Assembly: GCA_002421785.1 (NCBI GenBank)
Contig: DIRZ01000003.1
Coordinates: forward strand, 218,698 to 250,697
Source: Candidatus Saccharimonadota bacterium
GTDB taxonomy: Bacteria; Patescibacteriota; Saccharimonadia; Saccharimonadales; Saccharimonadaceae
Reading direction: 5' to 3'
Length of the DNA stretch: 32,000 nt
The translations under genes and the position numbers were made by a program. Shown one piece after another: positions 14,891-22,458 of this stretch. The notes under the pieces are model-generated. The model saw nothing but the letters and a program-made list of their open reading frames with translations, ran no database searches and was not told the origin of the DNA. Each line of letters begins with the position of its first letter. The stretch's first letter is position 1.

Positions 14891-15799
14891 ACTAACGGTT
14901 GCCTTAAGTACGGTCATTACTAGGACGCTACGTCCAGCAATAAACCTTTCTCTACTGCACATTGTAACGCACTTTTAAAGCCGAGGCACTGCCTCGGCTT
15001 GTTGTTTATGCGAGTAACAACTTCGTCTATCTCCGCTTGGCTCACTGTGCTAAAGCCACTGCCCTTAGGGAAGTAATGTCGGAGCATTTTGTCAGCATTC
15101 TCTACGCCACCCTTCTGCCAACTGGAGTATGGGCCTGTAAAGAAGTCGGGCGCACCCGTCTTCTTAGTAATGAGCTCGTGCTGTTTGTTCTCGATGCCGT
15201 TGTCGGTTGTCATGGTTCGTATGCGTAGATCTCTGGCTAGTCTAACTATTGCTTGAGCATACGGATCGGGCCTAAGGGTTAGAGCGAGTCTTGCTCTTAC
15301 TGACCGCGTTGTCCTTTCTTGGAGCACTGCGAGCGCAGCTGCCATCTGGAGCTATATAGCCAAGCGTAAATCTGCGTAGTGCTGACATATGGCAGTGTAG
15401 TCTGCTGAGCTCTTAAATAGCCTGAGATTGCTCGCGGGCTTCAGTCGTATGGAGGAGCTAAGCGCTCAGCTACAAACAATCAGAGCGCTGGATACTTCTC
15501 AATCTTTTGCCACTGGCACCGTCGACTGCGTCTGGATACTCGGCTCTTCGCCTTAGCTTTCTTAGCGATATATTCACCAGCCACACTACTAAACTTGATC
15601 TCTCGGCTAATGGTACTCGGGCTTCGCCCGAGCACCTCCGCTATCTTACGTATGCTGTATCCTCTACCTTTAAGATCTCTATTTCGCTCCGCTCCGCGTC
15701 GCTCAAACCAATGTATTTCTTAGCCTGCATGTACCTATTTTAGTTGCTGAAATTTTAGTGAGTGTCCTAGTGTATTCCGTACTTTGTGGGTTGACAGTA
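14891..15799. mobile_element. decayed IS30-family insertion sequence (about 0.9 kb)
   Basis: Imperfect terminal inverted repeats share AAGTACGG-N5-ACTAGGAC (14906-14926 vs reverse complement of 15764-15784). The exact outer ends are uncertain. Confidence 0.6.
14920..15730 (-). pseudogene. IS30-family transposase, frameshifted and internally deleted
   Basis: The N-terminal HTH (LSDAERSEIEI / LKGRGYSIRKIAEVLGRSPSTISREIK) is split across two frames. A middle piece SPRAISGYL...TTQIYAWLY lies in a third frame. The C-terminal DDE part TTDNGIENKQH...SWQKGGVENADKMLRHYFPKG is intact in ORF 14920..15345. The GHWEGD region is missing. Confidence 0.8.
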
Positions 15800-15815
15800 T
15801 CAGGCCGCAGGGGCG

Positions 15816-16859
15816 CTACCGAACCTGACTGATTGGCCCAACTAGCTCTTCCAATACATCTTCGAGCATAATAACGCCGACTGTCACGCCATCACTCGTT
15901 TGTACCTGTAAAATATGTGATTCGAGCGTTTTCATAAGGCCTAGCGCGCTCATGAGCGTAGATGCGGGAGTTACCACCCCAAGCGCGCGTACGCGGCTGG
16001 CAGAAAGCTTGGCTGTATAGGCGCGCGACGTAACACCCAAGATATCTTTGAGGTGTACATAGCCCTTAAACCCGCCCTTGCCGTTACTAATCGGAAAACG
16101 CGAAAAACCCGTTTGCACACTTAGCTGTTCAATGTCGTATGCCGTCGCGGCCGCAGGTGCCACAATCACATCTTTAGTCGGCAAAATAATACTTTCAATC
16201 GTGCGGTATTCGAAATCCAAACTTCCGCTCAGTCGATACTCTTCATCTTTTGTGATTAAGCCTTCTCGCTGTGATTCCTTCACGAACCCCGCAACCTCAT
16301 CACGGGAAAAGCTTGAGCGTACTTCGCGGCGCGGCTTAAGGCCAAGCATTCGAACCACCCCATTCGAAATACCATTAAGCATCCCGATAACCGGTTTCAT
16401 AATGCGCACAAAGCGGAAGAGCGGCGGTACCAAACGTAACGCGGCCTTTGTCGGGTCGGCCAGTGAAAGATTCTTTGGTATCATTTCACCAATTACCACG
16501 TGAATCGAAACCATCAACACCAGTGCAATCGACAGTGCAATCGGGTGCAACAAGTATTCCGGCATCCCCGTTGCTTCAAGTATAGGTTCGAGCGCATGAG
16601 CAACCAGCGGTTCGCTAATCGCACCAAAAATCAGGCTACATAGCGTTACCCCCAGCTGCCCCCCAGCAAGCGCCAGTGATACGTCATCCATCGCCTTCAA
16701 CGAAATCCGCGCAGCTGCACTCCCCTTGAGCGCCAGTAGTTCAATTTGCGTCCTACGTGCCGACAGGAGCGCAAACTCAGCGCCGACAAAAAAAGCATTT
16801 CCAACGAGTGACAATACGGCGATAATAAGCGAATATTCGATACTCATACTATGCTCCAT
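15816..16859 (-). CDS. CNNM/CorC-family membrane protein (DUF21 plus CBS pair, no CorC_HlyC tail)
   Basis: 347 aa with N-terminal TM bundle and GEMIPKN motif followed by CBS-like repeats. Confidence 0.8.
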   Translation of the reverse strand: MEHSMSIEYSLIIAVLSLVGNAFFVGAEFALLSARRTQIELLALKGSAAARISLKAMDDVSLALAGGQLGVTLCSLIFGAISEPLVAHALEPILEATGMPEYLLHPIALSIALVLMVSIHVVIGEMIPKNLSLADPTKAALRLVPPLFRFVRIMKPVIGMLNGISNGVVRMLGLKPRREVRSSFSRDEVAGFVKESQREGLITKDEEYRLSGSLDFEYRTIESIILPTKDVIVAPAAATAYDIEQLSVQTGFSRFPISNGKGGFKGYVHLKDILGVTSRAYTAKLSASRVRALGVVTPASTLMSALGLMKTLESHILQVQTSDGVTVGVIMLEDVLEELVGPISQVR

Positions 16860-18195
16860 TCCTCCGAACTGGTCGCGATACGCTCATAATCAGTTCATCA
16901 ACTCGTCGACCTTCCATTTTTTCTACCTTTAGGCGCACTTCGACGGTATTACCAGAGCGATCAATAGCCGCAATTGTAACCGCATCGCCTTTTTTCGGCA
17001 CCCGCTCAAGTTCATGCATACACAGACCACCGATTGTTTCTACGTCGTCTTCTTCCGGAAGTGCGTACCCCAAGCTCTGGGCAATTTCATCGGGTCGCAA
17101 CAGCCCCGAAACGTTCCATGTACGCGTCGCAATCTTTCGTATTACAGTGTCATCATCCGTATCATGCTCATCATACATATCACCCACCAGCTCCTCAAGT
17201 AGGTCTTCGATTGTCACCACGCCGTCAAATCCGCCAAACTCATCAACCACAACCGCAAGATGCGGCTTGCCTTTTTTCAGAATATTTAACAATGGGCCGA
17301 GTTCAATGGTAGAGGGCACGAATTGCGGTTCAATCATAAGGTCTTTTACCTGAACGTGCGCACGCTGGTCGCGTGCGACTTCCATTGCGTGCTTTATCCG
17401 CACCACGCCGACAATATTGTCGACAGTGCCCCGATACACAGGAAAACGCGAAAAACCTGTTCGCTTCGTTAGCTTACTAACGTACTCGGCAGTTTCCGTG
17501 TCTTTTACCGCCTTTACCTGCACGCGTGGCGTCATGATGTCGAGGGCTGTCAACTCACGGAAATTCAGGGAGCGTTCAAGCATGAGCGCAGTCTTTTTGG
17601 TAAGGGTCCCCTTTTCAGCAGAGCGACGCACGAGCGAGAGAAGCTCGTCTGCAGACCGCGCACTCGACAGCTCTTCCTGAGGAGATACGCCGCGCCAATG
17701 GAGAAACGCATTTGCGCTACCGTTGAGTACTTTAATGAGTGGCATGGCGACAGCAGTAAATGCGCGTAGTGGTAGTTGCAACGCGCGGAGCGTTGCAAGT
17801 GGGCTAATAATGGCTATATTTTTCGGGACAAGTTCACCGAATACCATGGTTATCGCTGTCGCTAAAGTGATTGCCAGTACCGTTGCAATACCGTGAATAG
17901 CCGCTTGGCTAATCGCTGTCCACTCAAAGAAAGGAGTAATTAATCGCGCGATTGACGGTTCGGCTAAATAACCAATACCAAGGTTCGTCACGGTAATTCC
18001 AATCTGGACACTCGACAGCTGCGTCGACAGCGAGCGCAACGCGTGCAAAATACCCACCGCACTACCGTCCCCAGACTCCGCAAGCTTCTCTACTGTCGAG
18101 CGATTGACTGCAAGCAACGCAAATTCAACAGCAACAAATGCGCCGCACACCAGAACAAGGATTATCGACAACAACAAAAACCACAATTCAGTCAT
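16849..18195 (-). CDS. CNNM/CorC (HlyC/TlyC) family transporter, DUF21-CBS-CorC_HlyC
   Basis: 448 aa with GELVPKN, a CBS pair, and a C-terminal TIGGLCMHELERVPKKGD CorC-type domain. Overlaps the downstream paralog by 11 nt. Confidence 0.85.
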   Translation of the reverse strand: MTELWFLLLSIILVLVCGAFVAVEFALLAVNRSTVEKLAESGDGSAVGILHALRSLSTQLSSVQIGITVTNLGIGYLAEPSIARLITPFFEWTAISQAAIHGIATVLAITLATAITMVFGELVPKNIAIISPLATLRALQLPLRAFTAVAMPLIKVLNGSANAFLHWRGVSPQEELSSARSADELLSLVRRSAEKGTLTKKTALMLERSLNFRELTALDIMTPRVQVKAVKDTETAEYVSKLTKRTGFSRFPVYRGTVDNIVGVVRIKHAMEVARDQRAHVQVKDLMIEPQFVPSTIELGPLLNILKKGKPHLAVVVDEFGGFDGVVTIEDLLEELVGDMYDEHDTDDDTVIRKIATRTWNVSGLLRPDEIAQSLGYALPEEDDVETIGGLCMHELERVPKKGDAVTIAAIDRSGNTVEVRLKVEKMEGRRVDELIMSVSRPVRRNGA

Positions 18196-18292
18196 ACGAA
18201 GCGGTTTACGTTAATTTTGTATTCATAATAATTACTTATACTATAGCATGGTTACGGCTTGTTGTATAGCATATACACGTTGCCCTATCGCC

Positions 18293-18670
18293 CTACGGAC
18301 GCTTCTCAACACGGTCTATGTCTGCATGATTCATACCATAATGATGGGCGATTTCGTGCCAGAGTGTCCGCTTGATACTTGCACGTAATGCATCGTCACT
18401 CCCCGATATCGATACAAGCGGATGCTTGAAAAGCGTAATTTTGTCAGGCAACACGAATTGATAGCCTGCCCCTCGCTGCGTTAGCGGCACGCCCTCATAC
18501 AACCCGAGCAACAAATGCCCGTGACGCACACCCTGGCGAGTGAGTTGCTCGGCGCTTGGTTCATCTGCCATTACAACGGCAACGTTATTAAGATTGCGTA
18601 TGTACTGCTGCGGCAGCTCGTTCATCGCTGCCGTAATGAGTTCATCGAATTGCTGATCGCTTAATTCCAT
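18293..18670 (-). CDS. small zincin-like metallopeptidase-family protein (HEIAHH motif)
   Basis: 125 aa with C-terminal LWHEIAHHYGM. Its ATG overlaps the upstream stop (TAATG). Confidence 0.65.
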   Translation of the reverse strand: MELSDQQFDELITAAMNELPQQYIRNLNNVAVVMADEPSAEQLTRQGVRHGHLLLGLYEGVPLTQRGAGYQFVLPDKITLFKHPLVSISGSDDALRASIKRTLWHEIAHHYGMNHADIDRVEKRP

Positions 18671-19065
18671 TATTCTTCCGAGAAGTCACATACAGAATAA
18701 TCGTACAATTCGTCGTACGTAACTTTACCGATTAAGTCGGCTTTTGCTGCGACTTTCTGCTGACGACACTCGTCTGACTTTTGACTCGCAACTCGAGCAC
18801 GCTCTTCCTTTACTTTAGCGGCCGCCTGGCGCTCTTTAGCTTGCTGTTGCTGATAATACGCATACCCGGCCGTTCCTATCATAAAAAAGACCACAAGCCC
18901 GGCAAACAGCGCATAGTGAACACGCGTCGGCCGCCAAATAAACGCAACCTTTCGGCGTTGCTTCGGTGCGGCATTCATTTTACGTTCGAGTAGTAAAGAG
19001 GTGCGCGAAAGCGCCATGGCTTTTTTGCCAATACGTCGACGATTTACCCGGTATTGCCCGGTCAT
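18670..19065 (-). CDS. hypothetical single-pass membrane protein with coiled, Gln/Lys-rich ectodomain
   Basis: Start set at ATG 19065 (AGGGGGAC SD) inside track ORF 18670..19221. TM segment HYALFAGLVVFFMIGTAGYAYY. Confidence 0.5.
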   Translation of the reverse strand: MTGQYRVNRRRIGKKAMALSRTSLLLERKMNAAPKQRRKVAFIWRPTRVHYALFAGLVVFFMIGTAGYAYYQQQQAKERQAAAKVKEERARVASQKSDECRQQKVAAKADLIGKVTYDELYDYSVCDFSEE

Positions 19066-19244
19066 TTGTCCCCCTCGCTGCATTATCATTATCATATCAA
19101 TCGCAGCGACCCGAAGCAAGCCCAACCCACTGGTATCAGCGTACGAGCTAAGTCCGCATAAATAACCTGCGTCGATCGGCTGAACTATCATCGAACTACA
19201 CTCTGTGTGTGCGTTGAACATCTTGGCCCAACAAACCCTCGCCC

Positions 19245-19273
19245 TTGATACTTTGCCCTAACTCTAGTAAAAT
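19245..19273 (+). promoter_or_regulatory. promoter of tRNA-Phe
   Basis: TTGATA (19245-19250), 17 nt, TAAAAT (19268-19273). The tRNA starts 14 nt later. Confidence 0.6.
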
Positions 19274-19287
19274 ACAAATACCGTTCT

Positions 19288-19363
19288 GGCTCTTTAGCTC
19301 AGTTGGTAGAGCAGCGGCCTGAAGAGCCGCGTGTCCCCAGTTCAAGTCTGGGAGGAGCCACCA
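19288..19363 (+). tRNA. tRNA-Phe (anticodon GAA), CCA encoded
   Basis: Acceptor GGCTCTT/AGGAGCC, D arm AGCTCAGTTGGTAGAGC, anticodon arm GCGGC-CTGAAGA-GCCGC, T arm CCCAG-TTCAAGT-CTGGG. Confidence 0.9.
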
Positions 19364-19370
19364 AGTAAAC

Positions 19371-19394
19371 ATCTCACCGTTCGGTGGGATTTTT
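19371..19394 (+). terminator. intrinsic terminator after tRNA-Phe
   Basis: ATCTCACC / GGTGGGAT stem (one G-U), loop GTTC, then TTTT. Confidence 0.7.
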
Positions 19395-19510
19395 GCTATA
19401 AGTAACTTAGCCGTCGTGTGCTTAGTATCGCAAGGCCAACGACTTAGCACGATTCGCACCCAGGAGTATTGCTCATAAGCCCTCCATTCTTTGGTATAAT
19501 AGTCTCTAGC

Positions 19511-19585
19511 GCGGGTATCGTATAACGGCTATTATGCTACCTTCCCAAGGTAGAAACGAGAGTTCGACTCTCTCTACCCGCACCA
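19511..19585 (+). tRNA. tRNA-Gly (anticodon CCC), CCA encoded
   Basis: Acceptor GCGGGTA/TACCCGC, anticodon arm CTACC-TTCCCAA-GGTAG, T arm GAGAG-TTCGACT-CTCTC. TGgTATAAT extended -10 at 19492-19500. Confidence 0.85.
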
Positions 19586-19607
19586 AATCGGAACTAGAAC
19601 GGAAATT

Positions 19608-19634
19608 GTGGCGCGAATGTGCCGCTTTTTCTTT
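19608..19634 (+). terminator. intrinsic terminator after tRNA-Gly(CCC)
   Basis: GTGGCGC / GTGCCGC 7-bp stem (two G-U), GAAT loop, then TTTTTCTTT. Confidence 0.6.
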
Positions 19635-19749
19635 AGCCGCGCCGCCTGTCCGCCGCATGAGGACACATCCCACCAGCCGTCCCCTTTGCCTTTTTCTGAG
19701 ATTTCCCCCGCCGAATTTATTTTTTAGCTGAAAAGGGATTGGCGGGTGG
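19635..19749 (+). repeat. left copy of ~115-nt inverted repeat bracketing the islet
   Basis: 19681-19749 is identical (69/69) to the reverse complement of 21981-22049. About 103/115 nt match overall by hand alignment. Confidence 0.9.
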
Positions 19750-19897
19750 GTGCGGTGTCGCTTTAGCGACATTGGCAGGTCGCTATATTTACTAGATATA
19801 GTGCGTATTTTCGATGTTCTTGACGGATATGATATTATGAATATGAGGTAGATGGTATCTTGTACCTTGCAAATAGCAATAATTAAAGGGAGGGCGT

Positions 19898-20515
19898 ATG
19901 AAAATATTAAAAAATAAACTCATTGGCGCAGTCGTAGCGATAGCTGCACTGTGTTTATTCCCGACGAGTAGTGCGTTTGCAGCGACACCGCTTTTCGGAT
20001 ACAAATATCAAAATGGCGTAGGAAGCATAAACGCCTGGATCAATTACGGATCGGGTGTTGGATACTGGCAAACTTATATCAACGGAGCAACAAATAATTG
20101 GATGTACACAGGCTGGGCGAACCCAGTCTATATTAATTATGTGAGCAGTAATTATGGCTCCAATTTGGATTTTCACCAGAATAATAATGCTTATTTCATG
20201 TCCCCTCCTGGTACAGTTACTCTCGCATGGACTAGGTTCTTCAATGGCAGTGGAATTGAAATCTACCCATGGAACGCAAACTGGTATTACGCAGAAGTCC
20301 ATATTAATAATGATGCCTATAGGGATCCTGGCTTTTCTAATAGCCAAGCACAAGGCACTACAACTCACGAAGTTGGTCATGCTCTCGGCCTCGCTCACTA
20401 CAATACTAATCCCTATAGCATAATGTGCCAGACGTACCCTGGCCCGGGTGTTCCGGGCAGAGCCGTACAGACCGTTCAAAAAGTTGATAATGACGCGATA
20501 AATAGCCTGTATTAA
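19898..20515 (+). CDS. secreted matrixin-like metzincin zinc protease (catalytic domain only)
   Basis: Signal peptide MKILKNKLIGAVVAIAALCLFPTSSAFA. HEVGHALGLAH (HExxHxxGxxH). Met-turn SIMCQTY. C-terminal VDNDAINSLY resembles the MMP/karilysin DDxxGIQxLYG ending. Strong SD AAAGGGAGG. Confidence 0.8.
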   Translation: MKILKNKLIGAVVAIAALCLFPTSSAFAATPLFGYKYQNGVGSINAWINYGSGVGYWQTYINGATNNWMYTGWANPVYINYVSSNYGSNLDFHQNNNAYFMSPPGTVTLAWTRFFNGSGIEIYPWNANWYYAEVHINNDAYRDPGFSNSQAQGTTTHEVGHALGLAHYNTNPYSIMCQTYPGPGVPGRAVQTVQKVDNDAINSLY

Positions 20516-20531
20516 TAAAAGGAAGGAAGTC

Positions 20532-21284
20532 ATGGACATGGTAAAAAATACTAACCAAAAAATGAGTAAGCCAAAGATATACACGCTCGCAATTGCAGTT
20601 GTGCTGGCAGTGGGTGGAGTCGCGTCATACGTGTTAATCTCATCTCATACCGCAAATGACCAGACGAATAAGAGGGGGCAAGTTGTGGTGGCGCAGCAAG
20701 GAGATAGAGAGTATAACGCATATGCAAGCATTTCTGACAGTGACATTCAACGCACAGGAAGTGATGTTGACTTTATGTGGAAGCCTGAGCTATATCCCAT
20801 TGTGGCACTAGTTCATATTGATTCGATTGATGGTGGGCGAACGTACAGTCCGGTTTATGAGCAATATGTCGCTCCGCATACCTATGGCAAGATGACTGTT
20901 AAAGAAGCATACCGTGGCGATGTAAAGCTCGGACAAGAATTGAACTACGCGCGTCTTGGTGGAACAGTGACGTATGAAGACTACTGGAAGAGTCTGAATA
21001 AACAGCAGCAAGATAAGATTCTTCACTTGAATAATGGTAAGCAACCTGCCCACAAAAAATATGTTAAGGCCACAATCTCCGATGACATTGATATAGAGTC
21101 GGGCAAGGACTATGTCGCTTTTATTTCGCCGCAATCTTCTAAGGACGGAAAAGTTACAGAATATATCATTGGCGGATACCAGCTCGGCCTTAGAGAAGTT
21201 AAGGGATCGGGTGCCGATGCTACAGTCCTCAATAATAGCACTAAGCAGTGGGATAAACTAGATAGTGTCATAAAACAAGACTAA
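20532..21284 (+). CDS. hypothetical N-terminally membrane-anchored 250-aa protein, co-transcribed with the protease
   Basis: 16-nt gap after the protease stop with AAGGAAGGA SD. TM segment IYTLAIAVVLAVGGVASYVLI. No motif recognised. Confidence 0.65.
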   Translation: MDMVKNTNQKMSKPKIYTLAIAVVLAVGGVASYVLISSHTANDQTNKRGQVVVAQQGDREYNAYASISDSDIQRTGSDVDFMWKPELYPIVALVHIDSIDGGRTYSPVYEQYVAPHTYGKMTVKEAYRGDVKLGQELNYARLGGTVTYEDYWKSLNKQQQDKILHLNNGKQPAHKKYVKATISDDIDIESGKDYVAFISPQSSKDGKVTEYIIGGYQLGLREVKGSGADATVLNNSTKQWDKLDSVIKQD

Positions 21285-21327
21285 CTGCTTCCTATCTATC
21301 TAAGAGTAGCGTAGTAGATAAAAATAC

Positions 21328-21365
21328 AAATAGAAATGAGCGGCACTAGCCGCTCATTTCTATTT
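21328..21365. terminator. bidirectional hairpin terminator inside the islet
   Basis: Perfect 17-bp stem AAATAGAAATGAGCGGC / GCCGCTCATTTCTATTT with loop ACTA. Confidence 0.75.
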
Positions 21366-21457
21366 AGTAGCCTTAGCCTCTAATTAAAGACACTAAACTC
21401 TTGCAGTCCGTCTCTTGTCATTTTTGAGTGGAATTAATTTGTGTTGACTTCCACCCA

Positions 21458-21835
21458 CTAACATTCTTTTACGAGACCAAGCAGTTGTTCTGAGAGTTGC
21501 TCTAGTTCCTTGCTGGTAAGCTTATCAGTACTATACGGCCTGACGCCGAACGGCGTCTTCTCAGTATGATGCTCGATATTGTCAATATTGTCAATATTCT
21601 TGCCTCCTTGTAAAGCACTAATGATATTTGAAAGCGTGTCCTTGTTCTCAAGATCGGAGTTTTCGTATTTACTTAGATTCTTCTCATCTACTGAATTGTC
21701 AGTTTATTTTACTGTTTGGTTTGACTGCTTGCCTACAAAGTAGGCTGCGCCGAGGCATGTACCCACAAAAGCAGGCAGATAACGGCTCAGATTAATATAA
21801 GCTGTTGACTTGTCAATTGTTATTTTACTAGACAT
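21458..21835 (-). pseudogene. 126-codon reading frame interrupted by one in-frame TAA (43-aa TM peptide plus 81-aa hydrophilic continuation)
   Basis: Checked codon by codon. ATG 21835 gives MSSKITIDKSTAYINLSRYLPAFVGTCLGAAYFVGKQSNQTVK, then TAA (21706-21704). The same frame stays open (TDNSVDEKNLSKYEN...LLGLVKEC) to TAG 21460-21458. TATAAT lies at 21860-21855. Confidence 0.45.
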
Positions 21836-21980
21836 GTAGAATACTCTTTTTCGGATTATACGTTTCTATATTCCATATTATACAACTGTAGTTAATCACA
21901 TAATCTACATGATAAGGAGGCGTAGCGCGTCGGCTACGCCGACTAGAGCCGCGCTGCCTCTGCCATTTATGGCAAGCGAA

Positions 21981-22095
21981 CCACCCGCCAATCCCTTTTC
22001 AGCTAAAAAATAAATTCGGCGGGGGAAATCTCAGAAAAAGGCAAAGGGGGCGGCTGGTGGGGCGCGTCCAGCTTTGCTGGACAGACGGCGCGGCT
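21981..22095 (-). repeat. right copy of ~115-nt inverted repeat bracketing the islet
   Basis: Reverse complement matches 19635-19749 (perfect 69-nt core). Weaker similarity continues inward to about 21956. Confidence 0.9.
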
Positions 22096-22203
22096 CAGAG
22101 ATTAGTTTTTGTGTTAAAATGGGTTCGAGCTTTGGAATACAGAGCCACCAATATAAAACCCCCACCGACGTGAGGGCTTTATATTATACAGCCAATAGTT
22201 AGG

Positions 22204-22449
22204 TTATTTGCGCTCGACAATGATTTTACATTCAGTCACAAGTGCAGCAATTGCCCCAATACCTGCAAGCGCAGGCACCAGCACAGCCCCAACAACCCCG
22301 ACAGTCAAAGGCAACTCAACAATCGTCTCGTCATCCTTGCTTTTGATGACAATGCGTCGAACATTCCCTTCCGCGATTAGTTCTTTGACTTTTTTCAGGA
22401 GCCGTTCGCCGTCAACCACAAATTCTTCAGTATTCTTTTGTTCAGTCAT
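22204..22449 (-). CDS. DUF4342-like small protein
   Basis: 81 aa. VRRIVIKSKDDETIVELPLTVGVVGAVLVPALAGIGAIAALVTECKIIVER matches my recollection of the DUF4342 pattern. Confidence 0.6.
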   Translation of the reverse strand: MTEQKNTEEFVVDGERLLKKVKELIAEGNVRRIVIKSKDDETIVELPLTVGVVGAVLVPALAGIGAIAALVTECKIIVERK

Positions 22450-22458
22450 TATGATTCC

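Noticed and set aside
19635-19749. The inverted-repeat unit as an integron attC site or as a simple intrinsic terminator.
   Set aside because: It has no GTTRRRY/RYYYAAC core sites and no integrase. The tRNA already has its own terminator upstream (19608-19634), and the unit's T-runs are not preceded by a tight GC hairpin.
19955-20584. 209-aa antisense ORF fully overlapping the matrixin-like gene. It is long for AT-rich DNA.
   Set aside because: Its codons are in exact register with the sense codons (both start at coordinates congruent to 2 mod 3), so antisense stops arise only from sense TTA, CTA or TCA codons. The Leu-poor protease lacks those codons. It has no SD, its product is low-complexity and Cys/Ile-rich, and the sense gene carries a signal peptide, the zinc motif and an SD.
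21575-21597. Short tandem repeat ATTGTCAAT x2, considered as a possible CRISPR or regulatory repeat.
   Set aside because: There are only two units. It lies inside the interrupted reading frame, where it encodes NIDNIDNI. No spacer-repeat periodicity appears anywhere in the window.
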